Below are positions 1 through 13,146 of a stretch of DNA of 64,000 nt, piece by piece; the first letter of the stretch is position 1; each line of letters begins with the position of its first letter. Source of the stretch: Mobula birostris. Its lineage: Eukaryota. The translations under genes were made by a program, and so were the position numbers. The stretch spans positions 28,823,821 to 28,887,820 of the forward strand of contig NC_092379.1 in assembly GCF_030028105.1 (NCBI RefSeq). The letters run 5' to 3'. The notes below the pieces were generated by a model. It was not told the DNA's origin and did no database searches. It worked only from the letters and a program-made list of their open reading frames with translations.

Positions 1-1389
1 TTCTCCTGGCAATCAGAAGACACAAACGCCTGAACCAACGTAGAACAGCATACGAATAAAGAATATATTCTATCCTGGTGGTATGACGCCAGTGAATGGC
101 GCAAATGGGTGAAATATTGACTCACATCACAGTCTTCCTTGTTATGTCTTTACGCCTTATAGTCTCTCTGCTCTACATGTATGTTGCACTTTAATTTGCT
201 TCCTGGTATTGTTTACCTTTTTCAACCACGCTGCCCTGTGTAATAAATAGACGAGTATGAACAAAATATTTGAAGACATTATTTCCTTGTATCTCGGTAT
301 ACGTGGCAATAATAAAATAATTCCATTTCCATCTGAGGTCAACCTCAGACCCATTATACATAGCTGTCAGATTAATCTACAATGAATTTGGCACTCTTTT
401 TAAAATCTGTTTCTGTCAATCCTTCTTCTCTCTCGTTTTCCCTCCCTTTTTCTCTCTTTATCGCTCCCTCTCGTTTTTATCTTTCCCTCTCACTGTCTCA
501 TTCTTTCCTCATTCCTCTCCTATCCTCACTGGTAATTCTTCAATGAAGGGCAACAAAGTTGTCAAAAACAAGTCTAGTAAAATTGCTAACAGCGAAGTGA
601 CGTTCAGAGCAAAAGAGTTATGACAAGAACAACAAATTGCACTGGACGTTCATTATGAAAATAACACTTATATCTTTCATTACGCATTGATTTCGAGAGC
701 TGTTTCTCAGTCTTGACGACACGTTGCTCTTGAACGTGGCTCCATTAAGTCTCCAAAGCTCTCTTTCCTTCTCACTACTTCTTTCTTCACGTGCTTTTTT
801 CTTCCCTCTTTCCCGGTTTATCCATCCCTATGTCTTGCTTCTCCTTCCCCACTCTCCTCCCAGCTGGTCTTTCTCTCGATATCAATCAAGCTCCCTCCTT
901 TCCCCACTCTAACCTTTTCCGCTCCCTCGCTCTTTTTCCGACCACGCTCTCGCTCTCCTCCTACATCTCTTTACTCTTTCTTCTACTTCCCTCTCTTTGG
1001 CATCATTTTTCTCTCTCTCGATCTGTGTCGCTCTCCTTCATTCATTCACTTTCGCTCGCCCTTCACCATATTTCGCTCTCCATATTTCTTTGGCTATCTT
1101 GCTTTCTCGTTTCTCACGCATTTCTCTCGAATTCCTTCCGTCCGCTCATATGTCACAACACACTGTTTTCATTTATCCTCATCTAACTGGCTTTCTCTAT
1201 TGCACATCTGAACCCATACATAAGGGTCATGCCAATGACAGTAGAGAGAAAGAGGGCAGAATTTGCTCGGAGGAGAAATGGTAGTGCTTTGCAGAGCGTA
1301 TACCTCGTCGCTGCAGCCTTGAGGAGCCCCTCCGGAGGGAGAATGCGATGACGTCTTCGCCCCATGGACGAGCTTAATTTGAAGGTTGA

Positions 1390-1880
1390 GGAAACAACCG
1401 AAGGCACCCGTTAGAGCAAGCAAACACTGAGAACACTTTGGTGTCCGGATCCTCTATTGCCGTGGAACGTTAAGTACGGAATTGTGCAATGCTATTCCGT
1501 GAAGTCCAGCAAAATCCTCCAGAACATAATTAAGCGGAAAATATGCCATTTTTGTACAGAGACCCGAAGGCCTGACCGATCTGCCTTCGCCTAAAACTAT
1601 ATCTCCAGTCATGAATGTTTTCGTAGATTTTCCAGAATATTGAACGCACAACATATAGACTCCGCCAGATTGCAAGTTACTGCAGCACAACGACACCGTC
1701 TGCCCTTCCAACGTCATCAAATCTCTCCTATTGGGGTTACAAAATCTGCACCGCTCGTCCCTGTTACAAACCTTGAATGTTTGAGCAGCGCCGGAACGCA
1801 CTGACAGATTCAACAGGTAGAATAGTCGATAAAAAAAAAAGAGCCACCATGTGGTAGTTGTATCGGCAACATCGTACATT
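1390..1880 (-). pseudogene. Degenerate TCR V-like pseudogene (family D)
   Basis: Leader-like MVALFFLSTILP (~1815-1850); acceptor tttgtaacag; exon begins GTSGADFV..(frameshift)..RRDLMTLEGQTVSLCCS. Homologous to 30705-31200 and 60385-60795; intron resembles that of the 6438-6719 V. No clean RSS. Confidence 0.6.
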
Positions 1881-2757
1881 AACTCAATTAAACAGATAAT
1901 GATTTGAAGATGTTTCTCTGAAGAAGACAAGTGATTCAGGTAAGGACTAGCAGAGACTTTCTGGGAGACTCTGTACTTTCGTTTCGAAGTATATCGACCG
2001 TTTTCTTCTAAAATAGATCATGAGAATGGACTGACGTTGATTGACTATCTTCCTCTCCTCCTACTTTATCACTCTCTCTCTCTTACTCTCTCTCTCTCTC
2101 TCTCACTGTCCCATTCACCCTTTCCCCTCATTCTATCCGCTATCATTTTTTCTCTTCCGTTTTGTACTGTATTTTCCTTTCTCCTTCACTGTCTGATGTC
2201 TCTCACTGTCTCACTTCATCTCTCTGACGTCCGCCTCTCTATGTCCTCATCCTATTCGACTCTCTCAGATTCTCTCTGTCACTGTCAAGTCCTCGTTCCA
2301 ATTCCTGCATTCTCGATCCTTCTTTCAGATCTTTCCCAGCCACCTCTCCGCATCCCCTTTCCCAGAAGATGAAAACGGCCCCAGATAAATGAATAACAAT
2401 ACAAAATTACGATACGTAGAATTTGCTTCCAGTGGAAGGCCTCTTGCAATCCTCTCTCACAAAGAGCTGCGGAGGCAGTGACTTCCCTTAAAAGACAGAG
2501 ATTTAGTTTGCATCTTCAAGGAATCGGGGATATCTGCAAGCTTCTGTAAAAGATAAACAAAGAACTAAGAGGAGTCTCACATAGCTTGGTCTTTCTCTGC
2601 TTGCCTTTGACTGTAAACGTGGAACTAGTCCCGGTTACGGCGACAACTATTCCTTGTTCAAGTATCCAATGTCCACGTCTCGCATACTTACAAAACAGAG
2701 TAGGGAGCTACTGCAACAATGTTTTACGGAAAGGGAAATCCCGACCACAAAGATAAA

Positions 2758-3967
2758 GGCTACGTCCACACTAGACCGGATAAATTTGAAAACGACAGGC
2801 GTCCACACTAGGCGTTTTTTTCAAAATATCTCTGTACACACTACACCGGATATTTGGGCGATATTACTCCACTCTGCAAGCGCAGAGCCATCTACAGAAA
2901 ACAAGCGAAGAGGAAACGGGTTAATATTTACGTTTCCGCGGCGGCGTCGTGCTATTTCCATTCGTCAAAAACTAAAATAACAGTAACAACAGCGAAAGAA
3001 AGTTTTCAGCTATGTCTTCGAGGAATAGAAAGAAAATCTCTGCTGGGAAAACCAGACCGGACTTCTTCGTTTAGACAGACAATGAAGTCGAGCTGTTTCT
3101 GCGAGTTACAAAAGACTACAAAGCCAGCACAGAAGTGGAGATGTTTAATTCCAAACAAACTATTAACGTAGACAATAAAGTAAACAACACACGCATGTAG
3201 CCGTCCTCTACCCAAGATCAACAAGATCAACAATTACAAAATGTTAAATGGTCGACTCGACATAAACTACCAATCTCACATCAAACCCAAACCAATTAAG
3301 AGCAGAAAATGGCACTCAACTCAAATTGAAATACTAACTACTAAGTCAGATAAGTGCAGCAATTCATTTTCCCCCACACAATTAAAGCATGGAATAATCT
3401 TAATCCTCACACAGTCACACAATCAAACCCAATTAAATTTAAGGCACATTTTCTGCTTCAGAAATCTCCTTCTTAAGCCCACCCTCCGCCAGCTCCCGTT
3501 TAAATTCCATGCGGAATATTTTGGAGGAGTAAGAACCAAGAGAGTGGAATTTTCTGCCGGTAGACCTGCGTAGTATTTCTGACATTAATGTTTTTAAAGA
3601 TAGACTCAATCAATTCAATTTAGGGGAACTAGTCAAAAAAGTTCACTTTACAATTTAGCTCTCAGACCGTTCGCACCACACTGACAGCATGTTATAACAG
3701 CTGTCCGACAGTGCTTGCGCAGTACCAAGCAGAAGCAGAAAAAGCATTGTTGTTGTGGTGTTGTCATGAAACGTTTTTAAATCTCTCCGTTTACCCGGTT
3801 CACACTACAACGCGAAACAGTCGTTTTCAAATTTACACAGCCTGGAGAGTGTTTTCGAAACTCTCCGTTTTCGGGGGCTGAAAACGCCGTTTCAATGTGG
3901 ACGGAGGGACCAAGCGAAAAGAAAAAGCTTCGTTTTCAAAATTATCCGGAGTAGTGTGCACGTAGCC
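2758..3967 (+). mobile_element. Non-autonomous PIF/Harbinger-like DNA transposon
   Basis: Terminal inverted repeats GGCTACGTCCACACTAGACCGGATAAATTTGAAAACG (2758) and CGTTTTCAAAATTATCCGGAGTAGTGTGCACGTAGCC (ends 3967). Flanks AAA/TTA. Internal Myb/SANT-like remnant FV*TDNEVELFLRVTKDYKAS at ~3065-3130. Confidence 0.75.
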
Positions 3968-4162
3968 TTAGGGTGAGGTGGATGTTCTTTCACCAGAATA
4001 TCGGGCATGTTTGATGTTTTATGAGCTATGGTTGCTTGTCTGCTGAAGAAACAACTGTGATCGAGCAGCTTCTACCTGTATTGGAGATCACAAGGGTAGA
4101 TAATACTGGTGTTAAATCAATGTGAATATCGAGAGGGCAATGTAAATATTGAGAACACAATG

Positions 4163-4568
4163 AGCTGGAAGGCACAAAGATAACCAATGGAATCTGGAAG
4201 AGTCCCGAAAATATTTAAATGGTACTGTTGGCCAGTGTTGTTCAGCGAACCTGAAATCCTGAGCGGAATGCCTTCAGATTGAACCGCGTTTCCATTCCAG
4301 AATATTATCAACAATTTTTTCAGAGATTTTCCAGAATGTTACCAGTTTCCGAGTAGCTGCATCTCAGTGACACAGTCTCTCCTTCATCGATTATTAATTC
4401 CCGCCCATCCTGAGTCGCCGAGTTTGCCCTACTTGAATCTGTCAAAACTCCCAGAGCGTGTGAGCGGAGCCGAGTCGCATTGACCACGAAGGACAAGTGC
4501 TATCCGATGAGGCCGAGACACACCAGGGAGAGCAGCCATTAGGATCATCCACCAACACAGAGAAACAT
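4163..4568 (-). pseudogene. TCR V pseudogene (family D-related)
   Basis: Leader 4524-4568 is 45 bp (1-nt deletion). V exon 4163-4438 reads NSATQDGRELIIDEGETVSLRCSYSETGN, then a deletion of the WYxQ motif, then SGKSLKKLLIIFWNG...YHLNIFGTLPDSIGYLCAFQ. Degenerate heptamer CATTGTG at 4156-4162. Confidence 0.85.
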
Positions 4569-4958
4569 GTTGTCTGCATTAAATCAATAATAGGATTTTA
4601 TGAAATTGTTACTGGAGAGAAGGTGATAGATGGAGTTCAGATGCAGAAGAGACTCAGTGGACCTAGAAAGAGTGTCTCTCGCACCTCATTCGTCACTTAC
4701 TCAAGGCGTAGGATTATGGTATTAATCAGAACAATTATTTGTCCACAGAATCTCTCAGTTTCCCACTCATGATCCCTCCTGGCGATCTTCTTCCTGTAGC
4801 CTGATTTTTTTCCACACAGGCCCTCCTTGCTTTGTTTCTCTTCAGTAAATAACTTCTAAACTGTGTGTCACTCTTTTATCCTTTCTCCTTCCACTTCTCT
4901 TTTCCTTTCTCATTTTTGTTCTCCCTCTCTTTTACCCAATTTGCTTTTGCTTTCTCTA

Positions 4959-5109
4959 NNNNNNNNNNNNNNNNNNNNNNNNNNNNNNNNNNNNNNNNNN
5001 NNNNNNNNNNNNNNNNNNNNNNNNNNNNNNNNNNNNNNNNNNNNNNNNNNNNNNNNNNNNNNNNNNNNNNNNNNNNNNNNNNNNNNNNNNNNNNNNNNNN
5101 NNNNNNNNN
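4959..5109. other. Assembly gap (151 N)
   Basis: Run of N. Confidence 1.
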
Positions 5110-5253
5110 CTGTGCCACATTGAAGAACACATTTTGTATAATAAAGATTATACGATGTTGAAATTCGGAAAGAGTTTGTTCACTTGTTTTACTGTTCCGT
5201 AAGGCGCCTGGAGACAATGCAGCGATTAATATCACGTAGACCAATTCTGGGAT
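5110..5253 (-). pseudogene. Possible leader plus start of a V exon running into the gap
   Basis: 46-bp leader-like segment 5208-5253 (ATC start, LVYVILIAALSP, GC donor), degenerate acceptor ctttattatacaa, then ..NVAQ abutting the N run. Confidence 0.35.
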
Positions 5254-6437
5254 ATGTGCAGACAACCGAAGGTTGGATGCTGATGTTAGAGAATGAAGAT
5301 GATACCTGGAATGGCGAAATGGCCTGTTCTTTCTCCTCTTGCCAATGATTGTTACGTTGTAACTCATTCTGGTTACTTTGGTTGACTGTTCAGAAATTTG
5401 ATCGGCTCAGCTCATTTTCTCAGTAATCAGAGCAGAAAGCATTGTGACGATAGTCAAGGGCAAAAACGAGAACTTCTTTCTTCTGTGGTTCCGGATTTAA
5501 AAGGAAAATGGACTCCCTCTCCACGAGGCACTTACACGGAAGCTTCTTTCGGAGTGCAGTGGCTCTCCTCGGAGCAGATGGTTCAGCAGCCTCGGTGTTT
5601 ATAATGCTGAAGATGCTGTCTGCCAAAAATAAAAACATATCGATTGAACGGTTTTCATCTGTGTTGCAGAGAGAAGGGTAAGCATTGTTGGACATATAAA
5701 GTTTTGATCTGGCTTACACAGTAGACCGAGGTCACTTCTCCTGGCAAAAGCAGCCGGGGTATTGAGACTTCGATACGATTGAGAGACATTGCCTTCAGAT
5801 TGTGAGCTGAATATGGTGGAATCAGAACAGGAAAGGTAGGCAACCTGCGACCAGATAGGGAACAGCTATCGGGAAGCTGGGGGGAGCGGGGTCGAAATAG
5901 GTTATCTAATAATTCTCGGGGGGTGGAGCAGGTTGGACAGAAGGGATTTTACTTTGATCAGAAGAAGAGAAAGGGAACGGGATTCCTAGAACATTTGAAC
6001 ATTCAGAAATAAAACTTAATAACGTCGTTTTGCAGATACCCCATGGGAAAATACGGTGCGGTTCCTTCAGTTTGCATTTTGCCTCATCCTGCTGTTGGTG
6101 GAAGCCGGCAAGGTCCAACTCTCCCTTTATATCAAAACGCCACCCTCTTCTGTGCATCTTTCGGTCCTCCTCCCCTTCCAGTTCGAAACTGTAAGCAAAT
6201 AAAGAAAAGCAATAAGCAACGTCTTTTCTGAGCATAGGAGTCGGGTGTTCAATCTCTTGTCGCCTAACGGTGTTGTCTTCATAGGGCTCTGACCTGGGAA
6301 GCTTTGAAGGTGCCTGAGTCTCGTGGCTGAGCTCACTTTGATGTGGAGGTTAGGCTGAGGTCACCCTCTGGTATGAGAGCTCACTGCAGTCAGGATCTAT
6401 TATTTGTCCAGATCCGCTTGCATCCCCAAAATCTGTG

Positions 6438-6719
6438 GGCTAATTTGTGCAAAGATACAGCGCAGAAACCCACACAAGAACTCCGGAGATTGTTTCCTGC
6501 TCTGGAAATCCGACATCCTGACAGGGTTGTCTTCAGACCGAGCCCCGTGTGCAAGGATGAACATTGTAATGATTTTTTTCCTAAAGTTTCCACGATGTTA
6601 ATTGTTCCACAGATAAGCAATGGCATATCCTGAGTAATTTCAGCTCAGTGACATGCTCTGTCCTTCCTAGTTCAATAATTCCTTCCGATCCTGAGTCAAC
6701 TAATCCGCCCCGTTCGTAC
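6438..6719 (-). pseudogene. TCR V pseudogene exon (family D-related); no leader seen, CR1 lies immediately upstream
   Basis: GTNGAD*LTQDRKELLN*EGQSMSLS*NYSGYAIAYLW...VLVWVSALYLCTN*, with several stops and a frameshift. RSS CACAGAT-23-ACAAATAAT at 6399-6437. Confidence 0.85.
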
Positions 6720-6769
6720 CTCTAACAAACCCAAAGTTTGCGAGGGGCGCCGGATAAATATGGGTAGAG

Positions 6770-8375
6770 TTAAGAAACTGCAAGGTTTAAGGAACCCTGC
6801 CGGCAGCTATGTACAAGCCTCCCGACAGCAGGTAGAATGTGGAGCACAGATCACAAGAGGAAATAGAAAAGGCGTCTCAAAGGGTAATGTTATGTTAGTC
6901 ATGGGAGATGTCAACATGCAGGTTGATTGGGAAAGTCAAGTTAGATATGGAGCTCAAGAGAGTGAGTTTGTTGAATGACAATGAAACGGCATTTTAGAAC
7001 AAATTGCCCGTCACCCTACAAGGGGATCAGTTGTACAGCTTTGGGTGTTGTGTAATAAACTGGAGATAATTAGTGACCTTAGTATACAAGAGCAATTTGA
7101 AGGCAGTCCTCCCAATATGATTGAATTCAACTTGAAATTTGCCAGTGAGAAAGTAAAGTCTGACGAAACAGAATTTCAACACAGTAAATAAAATTTCAGT
7201 GGTATGAGAGAGGAGTTGGTCAACGAACTCAGAGTGGAGGACTTGGGAGGACAGGCTGCAAGGGAGGACAGCAGAGCAGTAAGTGCGTGAAATTCTGGGG
7301 AAAATGAGAAAGGTGCCCGATAGCTGTATCCAAAAATGAGGAAACACGCAAATGGAAAAGTGGTACAACCGTGGCTGACAAGGGGAGTCAAAGCTAATAT
7401 AAAGGCAAAAGAGCGGATATACAGCAACGTAAAAATTAGTGGCAAGACAGAGGATCACGACGCTTTCAAAACCCTAGAGAACAACTAAAACAACCATCAG
7501 CAAACAATAGCAAAATGGATACTATAAGGTTTTTTTTTCAACAATGTAAAATAATAAAAGCGAGATGAGAGTGCATATAGAAAGCAAGAAACTGTCGACG
7601 AAGAAATAATGCTGGGAGACAAGTTGATGACAGATGAATGATATGATTATTTCGCATCAGGCTTCCCTGTGGAATATCCGAGCAGCGGGTCAGACATGCA
7701 AGGGTGCAAGGGAAGACATGTGAGTGCAATTACAGTTACAAGGGCGAAGGTCCTCAAAACGCTGAAGGACAGAAGGGTATATAAGTCATCCGAACAGATG
7801 AACTGCATACTTGCGCCCTAAAAGTTGTAGCGGTAGAGATTGCGGAGGCATCAGGAATGATTTTTCAAAATCATTGTCAGTGATATAGATGATGGAATAT
7901 ATAGCTGTGTTGCCAAGTTTTGTAGATGATACAAAGATGTATGGAAGGATAAGTCGTTCAGAAGAAACTTGCAGGCTGCAGGAGGACAGAAAGATTAGGA
8001 AAATGGGTCAGAGAGTGGCAGACGAAGTACAATATACCAAGATGAATGTCAACCCATTGGTATATGAAATAAATGTGCAGACTATTTCGTCAGCAGGGAG
8101 AAAATCCAAAATTCTACGATGCGAAGAAATTTGGTGGATCCAAGTGCAGAACGGCCGGACGGTTAACTTGCAGGAAGAGTCGATGTGAGGAAGGCAAATA
8201 AAATGTTAGCATTCATTTCAAGATGTCCAGAATACATGAGCAGAGATATAATGCAAAGGATTTGTAAGACAAGCGAGGCCTCACCTTGAGCATTTTGAAC
8301 AGTTTTGGGTTGCTATTTTAACAAAGATGTACTGACATTGGAAAGGGTTCAGAGGACATTCACAAGGATGACACC
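6770..8375 (+). mobile_element. Degenerate CR1-type LINE (endonuclease remnant and RT 3' part, internally deleted)
   Basis: GDVNMQVDWESQV...ESEFVE endonuclease motif and FVDDTK RT motif. The 3' part is duplicated at 42840-43312. Confidence 0.8.
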
Positions 8376-8558
8376 GTCACTCCCGCAAGCAAAGCAGCAT
8401 TCCAACTAACAGAAAAATGTAGTCAGTAATTTCTCCCCTTTCCCCTGGAGTTTAGCCTTCTTAAGTCAATCACGTGACAGTGGTGGCTATGTGTTTGCGC
8501 CCGGCTGTTTGCCGGCAAAGTGCTCACTCTAGCGAGCGCTCACTGCATCACGGAGGTC

Positions 8559-8597
8559 GGATTTTGTCCAGAGCCGTCATCGCCTTGCAACACTGTG
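8559..8597 (-). other. 23-RSS of the 8598-9022 V pseudogene
   Basis: CACAGTG + 23 nt + ACAAAATCC. Confidence 0.95.
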
Positions 8598-9022
8598 GGC
8601 AGCATGGCACAAAGATAAACGGCGGAGTCAGAAACAAGAGCACCAGAGATGTTCAAATGGACTGCCTTGTTGTCACGCTGCCAACCAGCGGTAAACCTCG
8701 CTGGATTCTGGTCCATTATCCCAGTGCTATATACCGTCAGCAAATTATCTTGGAGATTCCACCCGATGCTGAATGTACCAAAAAATATATGTAGGATCGC
8801 CAGTGTAATTACAGTTCATTGTTACACTTTATTCTTCCGCAATCGTTAATTCAAGAGGCCATTGCGTCACCGAATCTTTCCCATTTGTTCCTGGAATAAA
8901 AGGACAGAATGCATGAACAGATCGGGCTTTCTTCGTACATACAGAACAGATATAGGCCGTTACCGCGGGCACTCACCGGGTATCATAGTCAATATAATCA
9001 GCAGATAACACTGAGAATTCAT
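8598..9022 (-). pseudogene. TCR alpha/delta-like V pseudogene (family B)
   Basis: Leader MNSQCYLLIILTMIP 8977-9022 with GTGAG donor. V exon 8598-8890 reads GTNGKDSVTQWPLELTIAEE*SVTMNCNYT...WYIQHRVESPR(+1 nt)LLTVYSTG...SDSAVYLCAML; one in-frame TAA plus a frameshift. Confidence 0.95.
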
Positions 9023-9289
9023 GATGTCTGCCTTCAAACTCGACCGAAAGAGAGCTTACTTTCAATAAGATAATATCCTTGACTGATATTGAAGAGTAAA
9101 CTCAGAACTGCAGCGTATTTCAGCTTGCGTAAATCTGGGGGCGTTGCCCTGCCAATGGATTGATTGACTGTGAGCACCGATCTGCGCTGGGGGATGTGCT
9201 TTGTGTACTAGTCTCTTGTCACTATGCGGTTCAGCCTTCTCTCTCCAGGAAAGTTGTTGTCGCTTGAGTCTTGTCGACGGACGAGAGTT

Positions 9290-9420
9290 GGATGAAAAAT
9301 TTGCAGATGTTCAAAATCCAATGTTCAAAAACTTAGGAGGGAGTCAGCAGGTCAGGCGGAATCTGTAGAAAATGTAAATAGTCGACATTTCGGCCCAAGA
9401 CCCTTCTTCGGGACTGAGAA
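9290..9420 (-). mobile_element. Penelope-element terminal fragment (copies at ~44650-44760 and 55310-55455)
   Basis: Similar to the terminal sequence of the Penelope copies at 17065-17210 and 63400-63499 (cagcaggtcaggc...gtcgac...gagacccttc). Confidence 0.6.
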
Positions 9421-9635
9421 GTAAGCAGGGGGATGCATAAATTAAACCGTGAAGGAACATGAAAGAATCTGACTGAAAGGGATAGGTGAAACCAGATAGC
9501 TGGGAAAGGCCAAGCGCTGTAGAAGTAAGAATCTGACGATCTTATTAAGGCATGATCTGACTGAATTTCGGAGCAGGTTCGACGGGTCAAACGGCATACT
9601 CCTAGTCTTATTTCTTATGGCCTTATGTTCGGCCC

Positions 9636-9830
9636 TTCCACGGTCATTAATTTCCTCATATCCTGAGTTACCGAATTTACCCCACTCGTATTTGTAACAA
9701 ATCTCGGAGAGCGTGAGTGGTGCCGAATCTTAATAACGGTGTAGAACACGCGCAAACTGTTGAAGAAGAAATTATCCAGACAGAGCAGCCATTAATATCA
9801 GCAACAAACACCAGGGGGATACGGTGTCGG
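9636..9830 (-). pseudogene. Truncated V pseudogene (leader and FR1 only)
   Basis: Leader-like CLLLILMAALS; exon start TSGVNSVTQDMRKLMTVEG, cut off by a CR1-tail/SINE sequence. Duplicate at 55670-55870. Confidence 0.75.
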
Positions 9831-9869
9831 CCTTGACATCAACAACAGGATTGCATCAAATTGTGAGCC

Positions 9870-12335
9870 AGCTGAAGGTAATTACGTCACGTCAGGAGCA
9901 TCAGAGGCTAGGGGGAGACACGTGACCTTCCTCCCGAACGGGATTGGTATAATGCCTATGATGTGCCTTCGACTTGCAAGGCGTGTTGGCTCTTGGTCAG
10001 ATTCTCTTAGGGCTTCATTTTACCCCTCTTACTTTGCATAGTGTAGTAGATGTCTGTTGTGTCTTCTTAATGGCAGATGTTGGAGACCTGAGAGATCCAG
10101 AGTCGCCCAGGGAACTACATCTGGAAGGAATGCATCTGACTGAAGCTCCTTGAAGACCATGGTAGGGATCTGGAATGACCAGCTCAATGACCTTCGGCTT
10201 GTACGGCAGAGCGAGACGATAATCGATCGGAGTCATAGGGAAGTAGCCAGTAGAAGCTGCAAGAGGCAAGTGGCTATTGGACTATCAGGTGAAATGGAAA
10301 TGTGAATACACAGCACAGCTGTGGTCATTCCTGTCAATAATAAGAATATTTTTCTGCATACCAATCTGGGGGATAAATTCACAGGGGAATGCTAAGGTGC
10401 CAGGGCTACTGAAAAGGAGCATAGGCCCGTGCTGCAGATGGGAAAGAGGAAGAAGAAAGGAGTGGTAGCGATAGGGGACTTAACAATCATGAGAACAGAC
10501 AGGAGATTCTGAGACTGCGAGCACAGCACCTTGATGGTATTCTGCCTCCCACATGTCAGTTTCGAATCGCGTCCACGACATTTTAGAGAGGAAGGGACAG
10601 CATCTAGATGCATGGTACACATTCGCATCAATGACACGCGAAGAAAGAGCAAAAGAGATCTTGAAAAGCGTATTTGCAAAGCAAGGAAGAAGGCTCTAGC
10701 AGATGTTGACCGGTTCGAGGGATGTGCAGTTACTATTACAAGGCTCAAAGAGCCGAAAGAGCTAAGTCACCTGTACAAGGTGAACTGCAACCTCAGGTTC
10801 TGAAAGATTAGTGGTAGAGATTATGGCGATATTATTAATGATCTTTCAAAATTACTGGACTGTGGTATTGTGCCAGAGGAATGTAAAATTAGAAACGTCA
10901 CTTTACTGTTTAGGAAAGGAAGAAATTAAAGACCTTTTAGCCTGATATCAGTGGATGCGAATATGTTGGATTCAATTGTTAAGGATGAATTATGAAACAT
11001 TTGGTGACACAGGACCGGATAGGAGAAAGTCAGCATGGTTTCCTTAAGGAAAATATTGCATGCCGATCATGTTGGAATTATTTGAGTGGACTACACGAAG
11101 GTCAGATAAAGCGGGTGCAATGGATGTTGTATGTGAGGAGTTTCATAAGGTCTTTGCCAAGGTGCCAAACGTGAGGAAGCTTACCAAGTTAAGAACGTTT
11201 GGTATTACAGGAACGTTACTGGTATGGTTATAGCACCAGCTGTTTGGCAGAAGGTAGCGAATAGAACTAAAATAATCACTCTCTGGTTGGCTGCGGGTGC
11301 GAAGTGGTGCTCCACAGGGGTCCATGCTGGGACCAATGCTTCTTATGTTGTACATCAATGATTTAAATGATAGAATCCTTCGCTTTGTTGCCAGGTTTTT
11401 CCATATGATACGAAGACTGATGAAGGGTCAGAGTGTATTGATAATCTACAGAAGGCCTGAGACAAATGACCAGAATGGGAAAGAGAACGGTAAATGAAAT
11501 ATAACGTTGGAAAATGCATGGTCATGAACTTTGTTGGAAGAAGTAATTATGCAGACTATTTACTGAACGTGGACAAAAGCCAAAACGAAGATGTACAAAG
11601 ATGCAACGCGGCTTGGTAGTCCTTGTGCAGAACACTCTAAAGGTTAATTTTTTCGTAGAGTGGGTGGTGAGGAAGACACCAGACAACGTTAGAACTCATT
11701 TCAGGGGGTCGAGAATACAAGAGTAGGGATGTGACGCTGACGCTTCAAGGCACGAGTGAGGTCACACTTTGGGTATTGCGAACAGTTTTGGGCTCTTCAT
11801 TGAAGAAAAAATCCGCTCGCATTGGAGATATTTCAGAGGAGGTTGCCAAGGATGATTCCAGTAATGCAAGTGTTATCGTACCAGAAAAGTTTGATGCTTA
11901 TGAGCCTGTGTTCGCTGTAATTTAGAAGGATGAGGGGGAATCTCACTGAATCGTTTCGAATGTTGAAAGCCCCTAGGCAGAGTAGATGTGTAAAGGGTGT
12001 TTAATACGATGGGGGGGGGGGTCTAGGAGAATAGGGCAAAGAGTCAGGCGAGAGGCATCAACTTAATACAGAGATGCGGAGAAATTCCATCAGCGCGAGT
12101 GCGGTGAATTTATTGCATTTGTTAGCACAGGCAGCTGTGGAGGACAGGTGGTTGGGTATACTTAAGGCAGAGCGTGATATGTTTTTGATTAGCCACGGTA
12201 TCAAAGGTTCCGAAGGGACGGCCGAGAGTAGGGCTGCAGAAGGATCAAACGATCAGCCATGATTTAATGCAGGAGCAGATTCCATAGCCCAAAAGCCCTA
12301 ATTCTTCTATTAAGTTTTCTGGTCTTATGCTCTTA
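9870..12335 (+). mobile_element. Degenerate CR1 LINE retaining ORF1 (zinc-finger/SGNH esterase) and RT remnants
   Basis: PGNYI..C..LKLL..DLRLVRQSETIIDRSHREV and VAIGD...MV.CLP...VHI..ND ORF1 motifs; GAPQGSMLGP RT motif; CR1 tail ending ggtcttatg at ~12330. Duplicate at 55900-58355. Confidence 0.8.
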
Positions 12336-12974
12336 CCCTCTCTTTCAAAATGAACAAGCTTTAGCAGACTTTCAATCCTCGCTCTCGGACCTCATCGCGT
12401 GTCGTCTTCTTGCTGTATCGGGACCAGAATATGTCTCGTTCCCTTCTTTATCTCCCTTAATCACTCTTTTCACCTGTTTCCTCTCCTTTCCGCGCAGTCT
12501 CTGCACCCCGTTCTTTCCGTTTCTCTTTTTTTATGCCTTCCACTTTGCGTCTCTAACTGTCGTTCACTCACTTTCCCTTCCCCTTTCTCCCTCTCTCTCT
12601 CTCACACTCTCTCTCTCTCTCTGTCTCTGTCTCTCTCTCTCTTCTCTTTCTCTAGCTCTCTCTTCTATCTATCTCCTACCTCTTCTGCACGGATTGCATG
12701 TGGATGCTCCTAATAGGCAATCATTTATCCCTCGCATAGGTGTATTCCTTCCTGTCCAAAACTGTTAGTCGGGGTTCTGGGTGTGTTGTAGCTCTTATCG
12801 CCCTGCCCCTTCGTCCTCTTGTAGCCTTTGAGCAGGGAGGTTGTGTTGTCTCAGGACGGGGCGTTGTACGATGTTGAGCAGGATGCGGTGGGCTGCGGGC
12901 GCGCTCCGTTCCATGTGCGCATTGTACGCAGGATTTGTTCTGTCCAGATCGGCAATCACACTGCATTAGGGAAT

Positions 12975-13125
12975 GCTGATCATGCAAATAATTAGCGGAA
13001 CACTGCACAAGACAAAGCAGTCTCATCCTTCACCCCTCATCCTTCTAAATTACAGCGAACACAGACTCATATTTGAATCCAAGCAGTGGCCATTTTATGT
13101 CCAAACAACCTGAATTCTTCACCGG
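12975..13125 (-). pseudogene. 3' fragment of a V pseudogene with decayed RSS
   Basis: Homologous to 58815-58950, which reads HYLDSITFSGFVPGTAMYICMVS. Downstream ...gccgatctgg-ACAGAACAA matches the RSS flank of the 6438 V. Confidence 0.55.
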
Positions 13126-13146
13126 TGTAGTTTGCTCCTGATTTTC

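Noticed and set aside
724-1284. Leu/Ser/Phe-rich ORFs (also 2037-2372, 12399-12713, 14213-14862, 44768-45073, 52307-52708, 59826-60128)
   Set aside because: They are translations of pyrimidine tracts and microsatellites, or chance ORFs.
5655-5843. ORF containing LLPGEVTSVYCVS, resembling a V FR3 or IgH-like V end
   Set aside because: No upstream Cys/Trp framework, leader or RSS could be found.
12982-12989. Ig-promoter octamer ATTTGCAT (minus strand; also at 58826-58833)
   Set aside because: It lies within the codons TAT ATT TGC ATG (Y-I-C-M) at the end of a V pseudogene fragment, not upstream of a leader.
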